Part shown: positions 12,970 through 26,245 of the stretch, in pieces
Position numbering within the stretch: the stretch's first letter is position 1
Layout of the letters: every line of letters starts with the position of its first letter
From: Eledone cirrhosa
Taxonomy: Eukaryota
Assembly: GCA_964016885.1 (NCBI GenBank)
Contig: OZ024742.1
Span: 286,006,001 to 286,070,000 of the forward strand
Direction: 5' to 3'
DNA length: 64,000 nt
Notes under the pieces: model-generated
Told to the model about the DNA's origin: nothing
Seen by the model: the letters and a program-made list of their open reading frames with translations, nothing else
The model's database searches: none
Program-made: the position numbers and the translations under genes

Positions 12970-13038
12970 TTTCCAAGGGCGGTGCCACAGCATGGTCTCA
13001 GCCGGATGGCTGGAACAGGTTAAAGAAAGGGTAAAAAA

Positions 13039-13080
<42 letters not shown>

Positions 13081-13239
13081 GTGCATGTGTTATGGACATA
13101 TATAAAAATATGCCGAGGTCAACTTTGCCTTTCAACCTTACGGGGTCGATAAAATAAAGTACCAGTAATGTACTGGGTTATTGCTGGCCTTGTGCCAAAA
13201 GTAGAAACAATTATATACATTTACATACAAACACACATG

Positions 13240-13305
<66 letters not shown>

Positions 13306-13364
13306 CGCCCCATTGTTTTCTCTTACATCCACTTCCACTTCCTCCTAAACTTGCTCGTCTGTGA

Positions 13365-13605
13365 AACACCACCGTCACCACTAAGACAACCACCACCACC
13401 ATCAATACCACCACTAACACAACCACAACCACCATCACCACCACCATCATTACCATCACTACCATCACCAAGATAACCACCACTACCACCATCACTACCA
13501 CCACCACCACCACCACCGTCATCACCACCACCGTCACTACCACCACCACCACCACCACCGTCATCACCATCATTGGCGCCTCCACCACCACCATCATCAT
13601 CATCA
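13365..13605. repeat. (CCA/TCA)n-derived low-complexity repeat
   Basis: Direct reading. Confidence 0.9.
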
Positions 13606-13901
13606 CTAGCAGGACCGACGACTGCCGACAATTAAAAGCTGATTACAAGGCAAGCCACCAGGCAATGAGTATGTGTGCAGTTTAGCATGTAAATATTATG
13701 GGATGATCAGAAAGAAGAGTGGAAATGATGCTTGAATAGAAACGGGTGGTAACTGGAGATGAAAAGGGTGGGTGTGGCTCAAGAGGAAAGGAAAATAATA
13801 AAAATAGATATCTTTTATACCAGAATTAGAAATACGATATAAACCGAATTAAATATAGCATGTAAATAGACACATCTTAATAAGCATTCACACATACATA
13901 C

Positions 13902-14030
<129 letters not shown>

Positions 14031-14072
14031 AATCTATAAATATAGATTTATATACATACATATATGTATATA

Positions 14073-14135
<63 letters not shown>

Positions 14136-14229
14136 CAGACACAATATGCATATTCAGACATACTACGCCTACACGTACAATGTATAAATCGTATGTATTT
14201 GTTCAGAAGACATATGCACACGTGTATGC

Positions 14230-14285
<56 letters not shown>

Positions 14286-15296
14286 TGTGTGTGTGTAATA
14301 CATTCGTAGATATATGCACTTTTATAGATATACACTCACATACATGCACACACAATATATACACATACGCACACACACCTACACATTAGGAATATCCCAT
14401 ACGGTTAGCAGCTGTCCACACGCCTTTGCCACTCGTTACAAATATAATACAATAAACATTGATACATTTGAACAAACGCAGTAGGGCTATTTTTGTATTA
14501 TTTCGACTTATTTTATTTTATTCTTTTATATATTTTGTTGTTTGTTTTGTGTTGCTTTATTTCTTTCTGCCGACAAAACACGCCCACTTCTAAATGCTTT
14601 CTTCAACGATTGAATTCCAGCGTCAGCAAGAAAATCTGTGGAGGAATTAAGTCTTAATTTACGGAATTTAGTGCATTGGTTCGATTCCTCTGTGCAGTTA
14701 GTTCCATCCACTGCCCCTTCAAAAAGTCCCATAAAATAAAGTTTTAGGCATCCTCAATTAAAGGTGTTTTTCTTTGTTCACTATTTTTTATTTTATTTTG
14801 AAATCAAATCGAAAATCAATGACTGAGTGTAGAGGGAGGTTGTCCGGGGGCCAAGAACGACGGATGTCTCCACTGCTAGAGGTTCAACCACACATGCACT
14901 AATAGTCACAGTATTAAACACAGTCCCAGAATTAAACACATTTTACTTTACTATATTTAAAAATTCATCCACTGATCTTGTTTAGACTGTATTTTGCTAA
15001 TGAGGTCTAACAGAACGATACATGACCACAATTATCCTTTCCCTGCAAACACAAATCAGACCTTTTCTTACAGCATCTAAATTAACTTGAGAAATTTATT
15101 ATTTATTTCTTGGAATTAACTCCCCTTTTGTTTAAGAGTTGCATACAATTGCTGCTAGAAGGAGATTGCAGCTAAGCAGTAAATGTGTGTGTACGACTTT
15201 CAATACATCACCCTTGAACATTAAAATAAATAATAATAAATTTGTTACATTACATATGTTCAAATATATTTAAACCTCTTTTATAAATTGTTGCAA

Positions 15297-15555
15297 GTAT
15301 GGCCGTGTGATTAAGGAATTTGCGACGTAACTTCTGATTCAGCTCCATTGTATGGCACCTTGGGTAAGTGGTTTTTATTATAATCTCAGTTTAACCAATG
15401 CCGCGTGAGTGAAATTTAGCTGAAAGAAATTAAGTGCCAGACTTGAAAATTGTAGTGGGAACGATATGGTTGCCTAAATCCTCTGAAGAGAGTGCCGTAG
15501 CATGACCGCAGTCTAATGACTGAAACCAGGAAAAAAAAATAAATAAAGATAAAAT
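15297..15555 (+). mobile_element. Diverged tRNA/CORE-type SINE
   Basis: tggccgtgtgattaag...ggcaccttgggtaagtg...tail gtgccgtagcatgaccgcagtctaatgactgaaacc...aaagataaaa. Confidence 0.6.
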
Positions 15556-16099
15556 ATTTGGGGGCGGTTAAAATCTAAATTTAACGAAAGGTAACATGTA
15601 GCACATTTTTGTGCTATTTCTCACCACAAAATAATATTTCTCTGTTTCCAATTGATTTCTAGAAGTGTGAATCTTAACCTCTTAGAATAATGCAAATAAA
15701 GAATTGAAGAAAATCTCCCAGATATATTTTCTAATGTCTGCAAATTCTATGTTGGGATTAAACAGTTATCACATCAACTTGTGGCAGGTGCCAAATTCTG
15801 GCTAACATATAGTATAAACTGTACGTTGGAAGGGTCATTGGTGACCAAGGTAAGAAGCCTTGGTCACTTCATGTAAAACGCGAAAGTAGTCGATCTACTC
15901 TAGAAGTAGGGTTAAGAGGTGTAAGAATGGGCATGCCTTCTGGTATTTCCAAAATACGGCAGGGGATGAGAAATCACCTGGAAGTGGAAGCCAAGAAACG
16001 CCCAACAATACCCCCAAACTCATCCGCTTCCCAAGTGAGGTAGAACGCGTCAAATCGGACCAAGAAAACAATGTTTCCATTGGTCTTTCCATTGCTGAT

Positions 16100-16255
16100 T
16101 TTATCTACCAGTAGCAACTCCTGGCAGAAAGAGCAACGTCAAATAAAGTTTCTTCCTCAAAGACATAACGCACCACCCAGTCCGGGAAACGAACTCGTAA
16201 TTTCACGTAATTTCATTGAGAATTCAATTCTCTAACCACTAAGGCACGCACCTTC
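16100..16255 (-). mobile_element. Diverged CORE-type SINE fragment
   Basis: gagcaacgtcaaataaagtttcttcctcaaagacataacgc...ctctaaccactaaggcacgcacctt. Confidence 0.55.
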
Positions 16256-16324
16256 AGGAAGCCCACAAATCAGAGTAGCACTCAATACGTGGTATGGTAA
16301 GATGTAGAATGTGTATATTAGGAT

Positions 16325-16634
16325 TGACCACAAGCTCTGGCGGTCCTCTACTTCATTAATATATCTATCGATCTAGGGCGAGTAAAATTCCCAAGATCCA
16401 TGGACGAGTTCTCTCCAGCGGTCCCTGTCCTTCATCGCCGCCGCCATGTCTTGCGTCTCCCAGAGACTAGTGTCTGTCCTTAGGGCATCAATATATGTCA
16501 ACCTCGGTCTCCCTCTTCTAGGGTATCCGTGTAGGGGTTCCCACAGGAGCACTGAGTGCAGTGTCAACTCTGAATGTCGGTGAGCATGTCCAGCTAACCT
16601 CAGTTTTCTCTGTGTTACTTTCGAGAAGAACTCA

Positions 16635-16635
<1 letters not shown>
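16325..16635 (-). pseudogene. RTE-group LINE ORF C-terminal remnant
   Basis: QRKLRLAGHAHRH...LLWEPLHGYPRRGRPRLTYIDAL...MKDRDRWRELV is a typical RTE C-terminus. Confidence 0.75.
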
Positions 16636-16693
<58 letters not shown>

Positions 16694-16695
<2 letters not shown>

Positions 16696-16904
16696 CAAAG
16701 GAATTGTGGTAAGGAACCAGATGGACCATAACGCACCAGAGTACTCAATACTTAGGGTAGTAGAGTGTGAAATAGGAAAAAGTATGACCCTGACGGCAGA
16801 GCTCTAGCCGTTTCGACGGCTATTTCTGGACTCAGCCGTCTGGACTCAGAAATAGCCGTCGAAACGGGTTGAGCTCTGCCGTCGGGGTCATACCTTTTCC
16901 TATA
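16694..16904. mobile_element. F1 fold-back element (diverged subfamily)
   Basis: Long arm plus inverted short arm around about 16838, bordered by (TA)n. Confidence 0.75.
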
Positions 16905-17054
16905 TGTATATATATATATATAATTATAAAGTGACAATAAGAGTTGCAGCTTTTTGCAAACTTTATTTCATAGATTAGATCTGATATATTCGTATGAAAT
17001 CATTTCATATGAATTGAACATTTCTAGTCCTCTAGAAACCATTTCTATATTACA

Positions 17055-17247
17055 TAATTACTTCTACTTTTGGCACAAGGCCACCAATTACCCCAGTGCA
17101 GTACTGGTACTTTATTTTATCGACCCCGTAAGGAGGAAAGGCAATGTTAACCTCAGCAGGATTTGAACTCAGAAAGTAAAGGGCCATAACTCTATGCTGC
17201 AAAGCATGGTGTCCGACCCTCTACTGATACTGCCAATTCACCGCCCC
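17055..17247 (-). mobile_element. Full-length SINE S1
   Basis: Head (gggcggtgaattggcagtatc), B-box and tail all present. Confidence 0.85.
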
Positions 17248-17340
17248 TATATTAAATAATGACGCTTACACTCTACTAGTGTATTGAGTACCTTTTTTAA
17301 CTGTCATTATCCTCCGATTTTACTCGGGATCTACACGCAC

Positions 17341-17462
<122 letters not shown>

Positions 17463-18478
17463 TACTATGTAACTTGTGTTTTTGAATTACTAAGAAGCTG
17501 TAAACTGAGTTTAGAACACTTAGTAACTAAAAGTACAATTAACTTCACAGTGAAACTTAATATCCACCACTAACTTTTTGTATACTCGGTACAAATGAAA
17601 AATGACTACGACTACAAAAATATTAAGCAGCATCTTGCCAAAATCTACTCTGCAAAATTTAAATGAGATGCACACGAAGATTTCAGGATGCTTGCCTTTA
17701 TATTTGGTTTACAGGGCGGGGGTAATGGCATACAAAATATTTCTTTTCATTTTTTTTAATCTTATAATTAAACATCCAGGCCTTGACACTGTAAACCTTG
17801 ACACATATAGTTAAATGTAGTTTGGCACCCTATAACATATCTTGACACCATATAACTAAACATAGCTTCTTTGTTTTTATCTCTCAATTTCTATCCTCGG
17901 TTGTGTGGCAGGAAGAAAGAGTCGTAGTTCTTATATCGAGCAGGAAGGTTTTTTTTTATCTTGACATTATGTTTTGAGACGTCACAGTTCCCGTTGCGCC
18001 ATCGTCAATCCAAGTCTTACATGGTCGGCCTCTGTTGACACCCTAGTGTGATACACACAGGGGTCTGAATAATAGGTTAGCAATCTCGTTAGGTCTTCCA
18101 ACCATAGTACCCTTTGTTGTTGAATGTGACAATGGTTTGTCTCTACCATTTTTTCTGAGCTCGTTGTACTTGATTATATCTCGTCTTATTCACAACTTAC
18201 CTCCGGCTGTGTCGTGGATAAGGTTTGACATTGGTATGTGAGCCTAACTTAGCTTTATCCTTCATTAGGGTGTTCCAAGAGCGTGACAATTTGGTAGCTC
18301 CTGCTTTTTGTACTCTGGCCTTGATCTCTCTGTTTGGTCTTCCATCTCCAGTGAAGATACTCTGGCGCCCTATATCTAAGCGTCCATACTTCGTTCATAA
18401 CGTTTAATTAAATATCTATATGTTCACACCTTGGCACCTTATAGATAAAGGTCTATACCTAGTAGCCATCGTATAGAT

Positions 18479-18784
18479 CAGAGGTTCACAAAGCGGGTGC
18501 TACTGCCCCACGGGGACGTTGAGAAGGTCCATAGGGCGCTGGAGAGGGTAGTAGAAATGATATAATAATATATTAAATATCAAATGATACATATTATATA
18601 TAAATACAGTAAAATTAAAAAAATATTATATTTATTTATACATAGTATATACTATAATGTTTATTATATATTATTTACAATTTGCGTGAAGGTAGGTCTT
18701 TCTAGAAATAAAGGTGGTGGGGGCACTGAGGGTATTACGTGGCCGTGAGGGAGGATGGTGGCCCAAAACGTTTGAGAACTTCTG
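18479..18784. mobile_element. hAT-superfamily MITE with perfect 8-bp TSD
   Basis: TIRs cagaggttcacaaa / tttgagaacttctg; TSD GTATAGAT at 18471-18478 and 18785-18792. Confidence 0.85.
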
Positions 18785-19227
18785 GTATAGATGAATGTTT
18801 ATTTCCACCATGTAAGTATATATCGATACATTGATAGTATGTAACTGTAGTGTTTGTCTACTATCTTATTGACTTGAATATCCACACCTTAACACAATAC
18901 ACTTAAACTAAAACATTTAAATCGTAAATTAATGCAAAGTTTGTTTATATTTGCTGGTGTTTGTTGGCTACAGCCGATGTTATTTGTCAGTGATTGTTTC
19001 AATCACTATGTAGTACCAGATGTCACATACCTTTACTATCAAAGAGACTCCCGAAGCAGTAAGAAACGTGTCAACAAGAACGAATCTGCGCAGTCTCCCG
19101 GCCTACTAGAAATAACAGTCAATTTCCCTGAAACCATGCCCTTGTAATCTCTAATATTCAAGGGGAAAAAATGGGATCGACAACACTAGAACACTTTTAA
19201 TCATGGATCTACTTGGTTAGGAGTGAG

Positions 19228-19510
19228 TGGAGGTGCGTGGCCTAATGGTAAAAGTGTTGGGCTTACGATCATAATATCGTGGGTTCGATTCCTGCACTGA
19301 GTTGTGTGTTGTATTCTTGAGCAAAACACTTCATTTCACGTTGTTCCAGTATACTCAGCTAAAAATGAGTACCAAGTGTAGCTGGAAGTTTAACCCTGTG
19401 CTGGACTAGCGTCCTATCCAGGGGGATGTGATGTACTCTCAGCTTTTTTCATACCACGGAAACCGGCAAAAGCACTGGTCTGATGAACCTCCGGGTTTGA
19501 GACAGTCTTT
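19228..19510 (+). mobile_element. tRNA-derived CORE-type SINE
   Basis: gtggcctaatggt..gggttcgattcc + ttcttgagcaaaacacttcatttcac + tggactagcgtcctatccaggggg...gaaaccgg...ctgatgaacc tail. Confidence 0.7.
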
Positions 19511-20467
19511 GGTTGGGAATGGCCTGTGGCTAAACAATAATCGAAATAATGAAAATGATCAAAGATGAACGAGAAGGAACTTTAGAAATATTCATGGGCT
19601 CGTTTTCCGACTTGATTTGTCTTGGATTGATATCGCATTTACATTTCATAAGGTTTTGTGGTCCCTTTCCTGGTTCATGATGTGACAGGGTGATGCTTTG
19701 GCGAAGTCGTTAGGACGTGGGATGAAATGTCTTACGGTATTCATTTCGGCTCTTTGCACTCTGACTCCTAATTTTGCCGAGGTCAACTTTACTCTTCATC
19801 CTTTCGGGGGTCGATAAATAATGTATCAGTTCAATACTGGAGTTTATTCTTCTTCCTTCCCTATTTCTCTCTGGAATAAATCAGTAGTAGTCAGACCCAG
19901 AGAGAGATGGGTTTTGTCAGGCTTTATGTATCCGAGAAGGTATGTCAAATTGCCACCCCCATGTCCCCATCTGGGTTTAGGGGACAATGTAAGACAATAT
20001 AAAAAAAGCCCTATCAGTTTTGTAACTATTTATTGATCTGCCACTGTGGATAACAATAACAAAATTTCTAGTAAGATGAGGATTAATTGATAAAAGAAAC
20101 GAAGAATGTGAAGAACCATACCTGATGCTGTGCTATAATTAGGTTGCTGACTCGCGGTTAACAATACAAATGACAGCTGTTGTAAGCAATTTCAGATTTT
20201 TCATGCTTCTTCTTACCACATAGTAACTTCAAATCGTGTTCAGATTATCAGGATGTAGGATGAAATTGATTTCAAATTAACCCTGAGGGAAGATTGAAAG
20301 TAATTTAATTTTATACCATGCCATTTTACGTTATAAAGATTTGTTGTTTTTTTTTTTGTATATTTATATGATTATTATTTCTTGTATTGGCCACAAGGTT
20401 TCGACATGTTGCAATCAATACAGGGAAGTAAACATCACAAAGTGGAGTATAAGGGAGGGGGGATATA

Positions 20468-20905
20468 TATTTCTAGCATTAGCACAAAACTAGCAACTTC
20501 AGAGACTAGGAAAACTGATTATATAGACACCAGTACTTGACTGGTTGGTACTTTATTTTATCGTCCTCAATAGTATGAAAGGCAAAGCTGACCTTGGGAG
20601 GATTTTAAACCAGAACGTAAAGGGCCGTAACTAATTGCTGCAAAGTTTTTTCTCCAACGCTCTAGTGATTCTACCAATCTACCACCCAATAATAATGATT
20701 TTTAATTGAAGCACAAGGCCAGCAATTTATATTTTGGTGGTGAATTCGATTAAATCGACCACAGTTCCTTACTGGTACTTTGTTTTATTGACCCCGTAAG
20801 GATGAAAGACAAAGCTAACCTCGGTAGTATTTGAACTCTGAACGCAATGGGCCGTAACTCTGTGCCGCGAAGCAGGGTGTCCGACGCTCTACAGATTACT
20901 GCCAA
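20468..20905 (-). mobile_element. Two tandem S1-type SINEs
   Basis: Reverse-complement S1 motifs, separated by aataataat. Confidence 0.75.
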
Positions 20906-21619
20906 TACAGTGGGTGGGTGGATGGTTGGATGGATCGGTAGATGGGTGGTTGGATGGATGAATATGTGGTCAGGAGTACGGACGGATGGCTATACGAATG
21001 GATAGATTGAGGGATGGAAAGTGGGGTGGATTGAAGGTGGGCTGGAGAAAAATATGGAGGAATAGGAAGGTGGCTGGTTGGATTGATGGAAGGATGAGTA
21101 GACAGGTGCGTGAAAGAATATATCAATAAATTGTTAAATGGATGGATCGATACATAGACAGATAAATGGAGGGACGGTGTATTGAAGGGGACGGGCGTTT
21201 GGATGGATCGATGGATGATTGGTTGTACAAGAAGAGAAGCTATATGAATGATTGGTTGAACAAGAAGAGAAGATAATTGAATGATTGGTTGAGCAAGAAG
21301 AGAAGATACATGGATGTTTGTATTGATAGAAGGATAGAAAGGGGGGGGGGGTTCTTCCCGAGAGTGCTTTCGTCAACAGAGGTTTGTGATGGTAGTTTGT
21401 AGAAATGTAAAATAGAAACAGGCCAGTCATTTGCACCAGTAAGTGTTTCCAGTTGGACGACATGTGAGTTATACGTCACGAGTCAACTGGCAGCCATGCT
21501 AGTCAATGAGAAAAGACGACACAGATTCTCTCAGTAATTAGGTTGTCACTAGTAACGGAAGCAATTTCAGATATACATACATATATACATACAAATACAC
21601 ATATACATACATATGTGTG

Positions 21620-21665
<46 letters not shown>

Positions 21666-21677
21666 CACACACATGTG

Positions 21678-21796
<119 letters not shown>

Positions 21797-21870
21797 TAGC
21801 GGGTATTAAATATTTTTCGTTTGTCTTATGAGAAAAAAGAAGTTATTTTCGGTATCTTTCATATAAGATT

Positions 21871-21920
<50 letters not shown>

Positions 21921-21923
<3 letters not shown>

Positions 21924-22372
21924 AAAATTAGAATTGGCGCTCTGAAATAGCGATATATATATATGAATGTATATAGAGTGTATTTTGCAATACACTGTAT
22001 GCTTAATTAAAAGCATTTCGAAGACTTACGCTATTGTTTTAGAGTAGTGACAGTCTCATTTACTTTAATTTTCAGCAAACAGGGGAGATAAAGCTGACAG
22101 AGCCCTGTTTCGTACTTTTTGGTACTTATCAAAGCTAAGTACTCCACTTGTTTGCTGAAAATCATGAATGTTTGTTTCTTATAGAATTCTAGTAATAATC
22201 AGGAACTGATTATACAGAGCGTTGCCGGTCAAGCAGAAATTGAAAATTAGAATTGGTGCTCTGAAATAGCGATATATATATGAATATATATATAGTGTAT
22301 TTTGCAATACACTGTATGCTTAATTAAAAGCATTTCAAAGACCTTACGCTATTGTTTTAGAGTAGTGACAGT
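21921..22372 (-). mobile_element. Retrozyme-like element: about 319-bp unit, about 1.4 copies, one HHR
   Basis: About 134-bp direct repeat 21921-22054 / 22240-22372; (TA)n at left; HHR at 22092-22136. Confidence 0.75.
22068..22162 (-). ncRNA. Extended type I hammerhead ribozyme, U3-A8 core variant
   Basis: Minus strand GGAG-TACTT-AGCT-TTGATAA-GTAC-CAAAAA-GTAC-GAAA-CAG-GGCT-CTG-TC-AGCT-TTAT-CTCC, closed by ttttcagcaaaca/tgtttgctgaaaa; GUC site. Confidence 0.8.
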
Positions 22373-22509
22373 ATATATTTGAAGTTCTAGTTAAACTTTA
22401 ATTAGTTACCTACCTAGCTGTGTGTGCTTACACACTTTACAAATTATTCCCTGTGATTGTTTCATATGTTTATTTTATATGTATATATATATGTCAATCA
22501 ATTTCTAGT

Positions 22510-22726
22510 TGACCATAACGCACCAAAGTACTCAATACTTAGGGTAGTAGAGTGGGTAATAGGAACGAGTAGGACCCCGACGGCTGAGCTCACGCCGTTT
22601 CGACGGCTAATTCTGGACTAAAAAAAAAAAAAAAAAAAAAAAAAATTAAATTTTTTTTTTTTTTTTACTTCAGAATTAGCCGTCGAAACGGCTTGAGCTC
22701 AGCCGTCGGGGTCCTACTCGTTCCTA
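22510..22726. mobile_element. F1 fold-back element with A-run/T-run centre
   Basis: Long arm, An...Tn, inverted short arm, then (TA)n. Confidence 0.75.
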
Positions 22727-22749
22727 TATATATATATATATATATATAA

Positions 22750-25700
22750 TTTGAGCAACTCTGAATCAATAGATGAAATATGAATCTGCGAGCTACCAAG
22801 CACCCATGTGAAGCGCCAACCCAGAGACCCTTCCCTACGAGTGTCGACAAATGCCCAAAACTCCGAGTTGGTACCATCAATGTAGGCTCAATGAAAGGAA
22901 GAGCAGGAGAAATCGCAGAAATGCTAGAGCGAAAGGAAATTGATGTATGCTGTGTGCAAGAGACTAGATGGAGAGGAGAGTCTGCCAGAGTCCTGGTAGG
23001 AAAAAGTCGTTGCTACAAATTTTTCTGGGTGGGAAATGACGATGGGTAGATAAAGTAATCTCAGTGTACAGGGTAAATGTAAGAATCATTAAACTCAGAC
23101 TAGTCCTGAATAAAACAATTACCACAATAATATCAGCTTACGCACCCCAATCGGGACTGCCAGACGAACTTAAGGATAAGTTTTACGAGTCCCTAATGCA
23201 CACTACTGCCCTAACAGACGACAATGACTTCCTAATCATCGCAGGAGATTTTAACGGACACGTAGGTAAACACTGCGACGGCTTCAATAGCGTACATGGA
23301 GGCCATGGGGTTGGCACAAGGAATGAGGAAGGATTCAGACTTCTAGAATTCTGCGACGCCAACGACATGTCGATATGTAACACAAACTTTAAAAAACCCG
23401 ACAACCACCTGATCACCTATAGATTATGGGAGCACTCTAGTCAGATAGATTTTATCCTCATCAGAGGACGTGACAGATGGACAGTCGTAAACACAAAAGC
23501 CTTCCCTAGTGAGGAATGTACATACCAACATAGCTTAGTTGTCAGCGACCTCACGGTCAGAACTAGACGAGCCTGGAAACAGAGGCCAACCTGGAGAAGA
23601 AAGATCTGGAAGCTGAAAGTCCCCTCAACCAGTAACAGATTTAAAGATATTTTACTCAACGCCTACGACAGTAAAGAAGAACAGATAGAGACATTTAATG
23701 TAGAAGAGAACTAGGATTTCCTAAAAAATAATTTACTAGAGGCGACGGATGAGGTCTGTGGCTGGAGTAAGACCTCAAGCAGGAGGAGAGTGACTTGGTG
23801 GTGGAACAATAAGGTAGATGAAGCAGTTAAGGCCAAGAGACAGGCATGGAAAGAATGGAAGAACGGGGGGAGCAGGGTACATTACATAGAGACCAAGAGG
23901 GAAGCTAGGCGACAAGTATACTTAGCTAGGAGTGAAGCAGAGGATAGAAAATTCAAGCATGTTTTGCAACGTGAGGACCAGAAACAGGAGGTATTCAAGA
24001 TTGCGAGGCAGTGTGTCAGAGATAGTTGTGATGTCATTGGAGAGAAGTGTATCCGGAATGATAAAGGTGAGCTTGCCCTCACAAGTGCTGAGAAGAAAGA
24101 TGCATGGAAGAGTCATTATGATAGATTACTAAATGAAGAGAATGCATGGGAAGTAGAGACCCTACCCCAAGTAGACCCTATAGAGGGGCCAGCAGTACAA
24201 GTCAGCAGCAGCGTAGTAAGTAAGGCAATCAAAGATATGAAGATGGGGAAGGCAACCGGTCCATCGGGTATAGCTGCCGAGATGCTGAAGGCATCTGGGT
24301 CTGTAGGTCACACTATAACCACACGTATTGTTAACGAGGTAATACTAGAAGGTGTCATACCAAAAGATTAGTGCAGTAGCATCATTGTCAACTGCTACAA
24401 AGGTAAAGGCGATGCACTAGATAGAGGAAACTATAGAGGTATAAAGTTGATGGACCAGGTCATGAAAGTAACAGAAAGAGTTATAGCACAGTTGATTAGG
24501 GACCGGGTGAAAATAGACGAGATGCAATTTGGGTTTGTACCAGGAAGAGGCACCACTGATGCCCTCTTCCTTGTGAGGCAATTACAGGAAAAGTACCTAG
24601 CTAAAAGTAAGCCACTCTACTTGGCATTTGTCGACCTTGAGAAAGCCTTTGACAGAGTTTCACGTGCTGTAATCTGGTGGGTTCTTAGAAAACTAGGAGT
24701 AGATGAATGGCTTGTGAAAGCGGTACAAGCCATGTATAGGGGAGCAGTCAGCAAAGTTAGGATTAGTAATGAGTATAGCGAGGAATTTAGCGTATAGGTT
24801 GGGGTCCACCAGGGCTCTGTTCTTAGCCCCCTCCTGTTCATCATAGTCCTGCAGGCAATAACGGAGGAGTTTAAGACAGGAAGTTTAATTAAGAATGTAG
24901 GCTTCACATGCAGCAGCTGTGCTGAAACAGCAAGCAGCAAACAGCCACAGGAAACAAGTACCACCAATCTCTGGGAGGGCTCTGTAGAAACAGTAGACAG
25001 CTTCTGCTACCTAGGTGACCGAATTAGCAGCGGAGGTGGGTGTTCAGAAAGTACAATAACTAGGGTAAGAACGGGATGGAAGAAGTTTAGGGAACTACTA
25101 CCACTGCTAGCTGCAAAAGGTTTCTCCCTAAGAATGAAAGGCAGACTGTTTGATGCGTGTATCCGAACAGCGATGTTGCATGGTAGTGAGACCTGAAGGT
25201 GGAAGACTTACGTAGATTAGAGAGAAACGAAGCCTGCATGCTCCGATGGATGTGTAACAGTAATATACGTGAACGACAAAGCATAAATGAATTGAGAGAG
25301 AGACTGAGCATAAGAGGAATCAAATGCTGTGTGCAGGAGAGGCGGTTGCGCTGGTATGGACATGTGATGCGTATGAAGGATGATAGCTGCATAAAAAGGT
25401 ACAGAGCACTAGAAGTTGATGGAAACCGCGGAGTGGGGAGACCCAAGATGACCTGGGATGAGGTGATAAAAGCCGACCTTACCCAATTACACCTCTCAAA
25501 GGCAATGACACACGACCGTGACTTCTGGCGTCACGCAGTAATACAGAGTACCCGACCTCCCATGGGTACAAGCTGAAGCATATAGACAATATGCCGCCAC
25601 ACCTGCCACCGCAAGGTGGTCGGGAAGGTGCCACGGCAAAAAAGCACCCAACCCACACTGTAAAGTGGACGTGTAGGCGCCACGAAAAAGCACCCAGCAC

Positions 25701-25880
25701 TCACTGTAAATGAGGTTGGTATTAGGAAGGGCATCCAGCTGTAGAAATCAAGCCAGATCAGTTCCTGTATGAGCAAGGCATGGTCAGCCGACCAGACACT
25801 GCCCACAACAGGACAACCCGTCTAACCCATGCTAACGTGGAAGAACGGACGTAAAACGGTGATGATGATGATGATGATAT
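22750..25880 (+). mobile_element. Decayed RTE-clade (BovB-like) LINE
   Basis: APE motifs (GTINVGSM, CCVQETRW, SAYAPQ, GDFNGHVG, QIDFIL) and RT motifs (QFGFVPGRGTTDA, FVDLEKAFDRV, GVHQGSVLSPLLF); C-terminal RLRWYGHV...GRPKMTW; (GAT)n tail at about 25859-25878; in-frame TAG stops at 23712, 24369 and 24795; deletion near 24880 removes the YADD region. Confidence 0.92.
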
Positions 25881-25890
25881 ATATACATAC

Positions 25891-25927
<37 letters not shown>

Positions 25928-25931
<4 letters not shown>

Positions 25932-26172
25932 AACGAGTAGGACCCCGACGGCTGAGCTCAAGCCGTTTCGACGGCTAATTCTGGACTAAAAAAAAAAAAA
26001 AAAAAAAAAAATTTCATTTAAAAAATTTTTTTTTTTAGTCCAGAATTAGCCGTCGAAACGGCGTGAGTTAGCCGTCGGGGTCCTACTCGTTCCTATTACC
26101 CACTCTACTACCCTAAGTATTGAGTACTTTGGTGCGTTATGTTCCACCTGGTTCCTTACCACATTTCCTTCG

Positions 26173-26174
<2 letters not shown>
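25928..26174. mobile_element. F1 fold-back element, mirror image of 22510-22726
   Basis: Short arm, An...Tn, long arm ending ccttcgtt(TA)n. Confidence 0.75.
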
Positions 26175-26208
<34 letters not shown>

Positions 26209-26245
26209 AGGAAAAGCAAAGTAGTTTCAGATGTTAAAGTCTTTT

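Noticed and set aside
14526-14732. 68-aa minus-strand ORF in unique-looking sequence
   Set aside because: No recognisable motif or convincing splice sites
20122-20282. Minus-strand segment with good acceptor (ctttcaatcttccctcag) and donor (cag/gtatgg)
   Set aside because: All three frames contain stops; could only be a non-coding exon, which sequence alone cannot support
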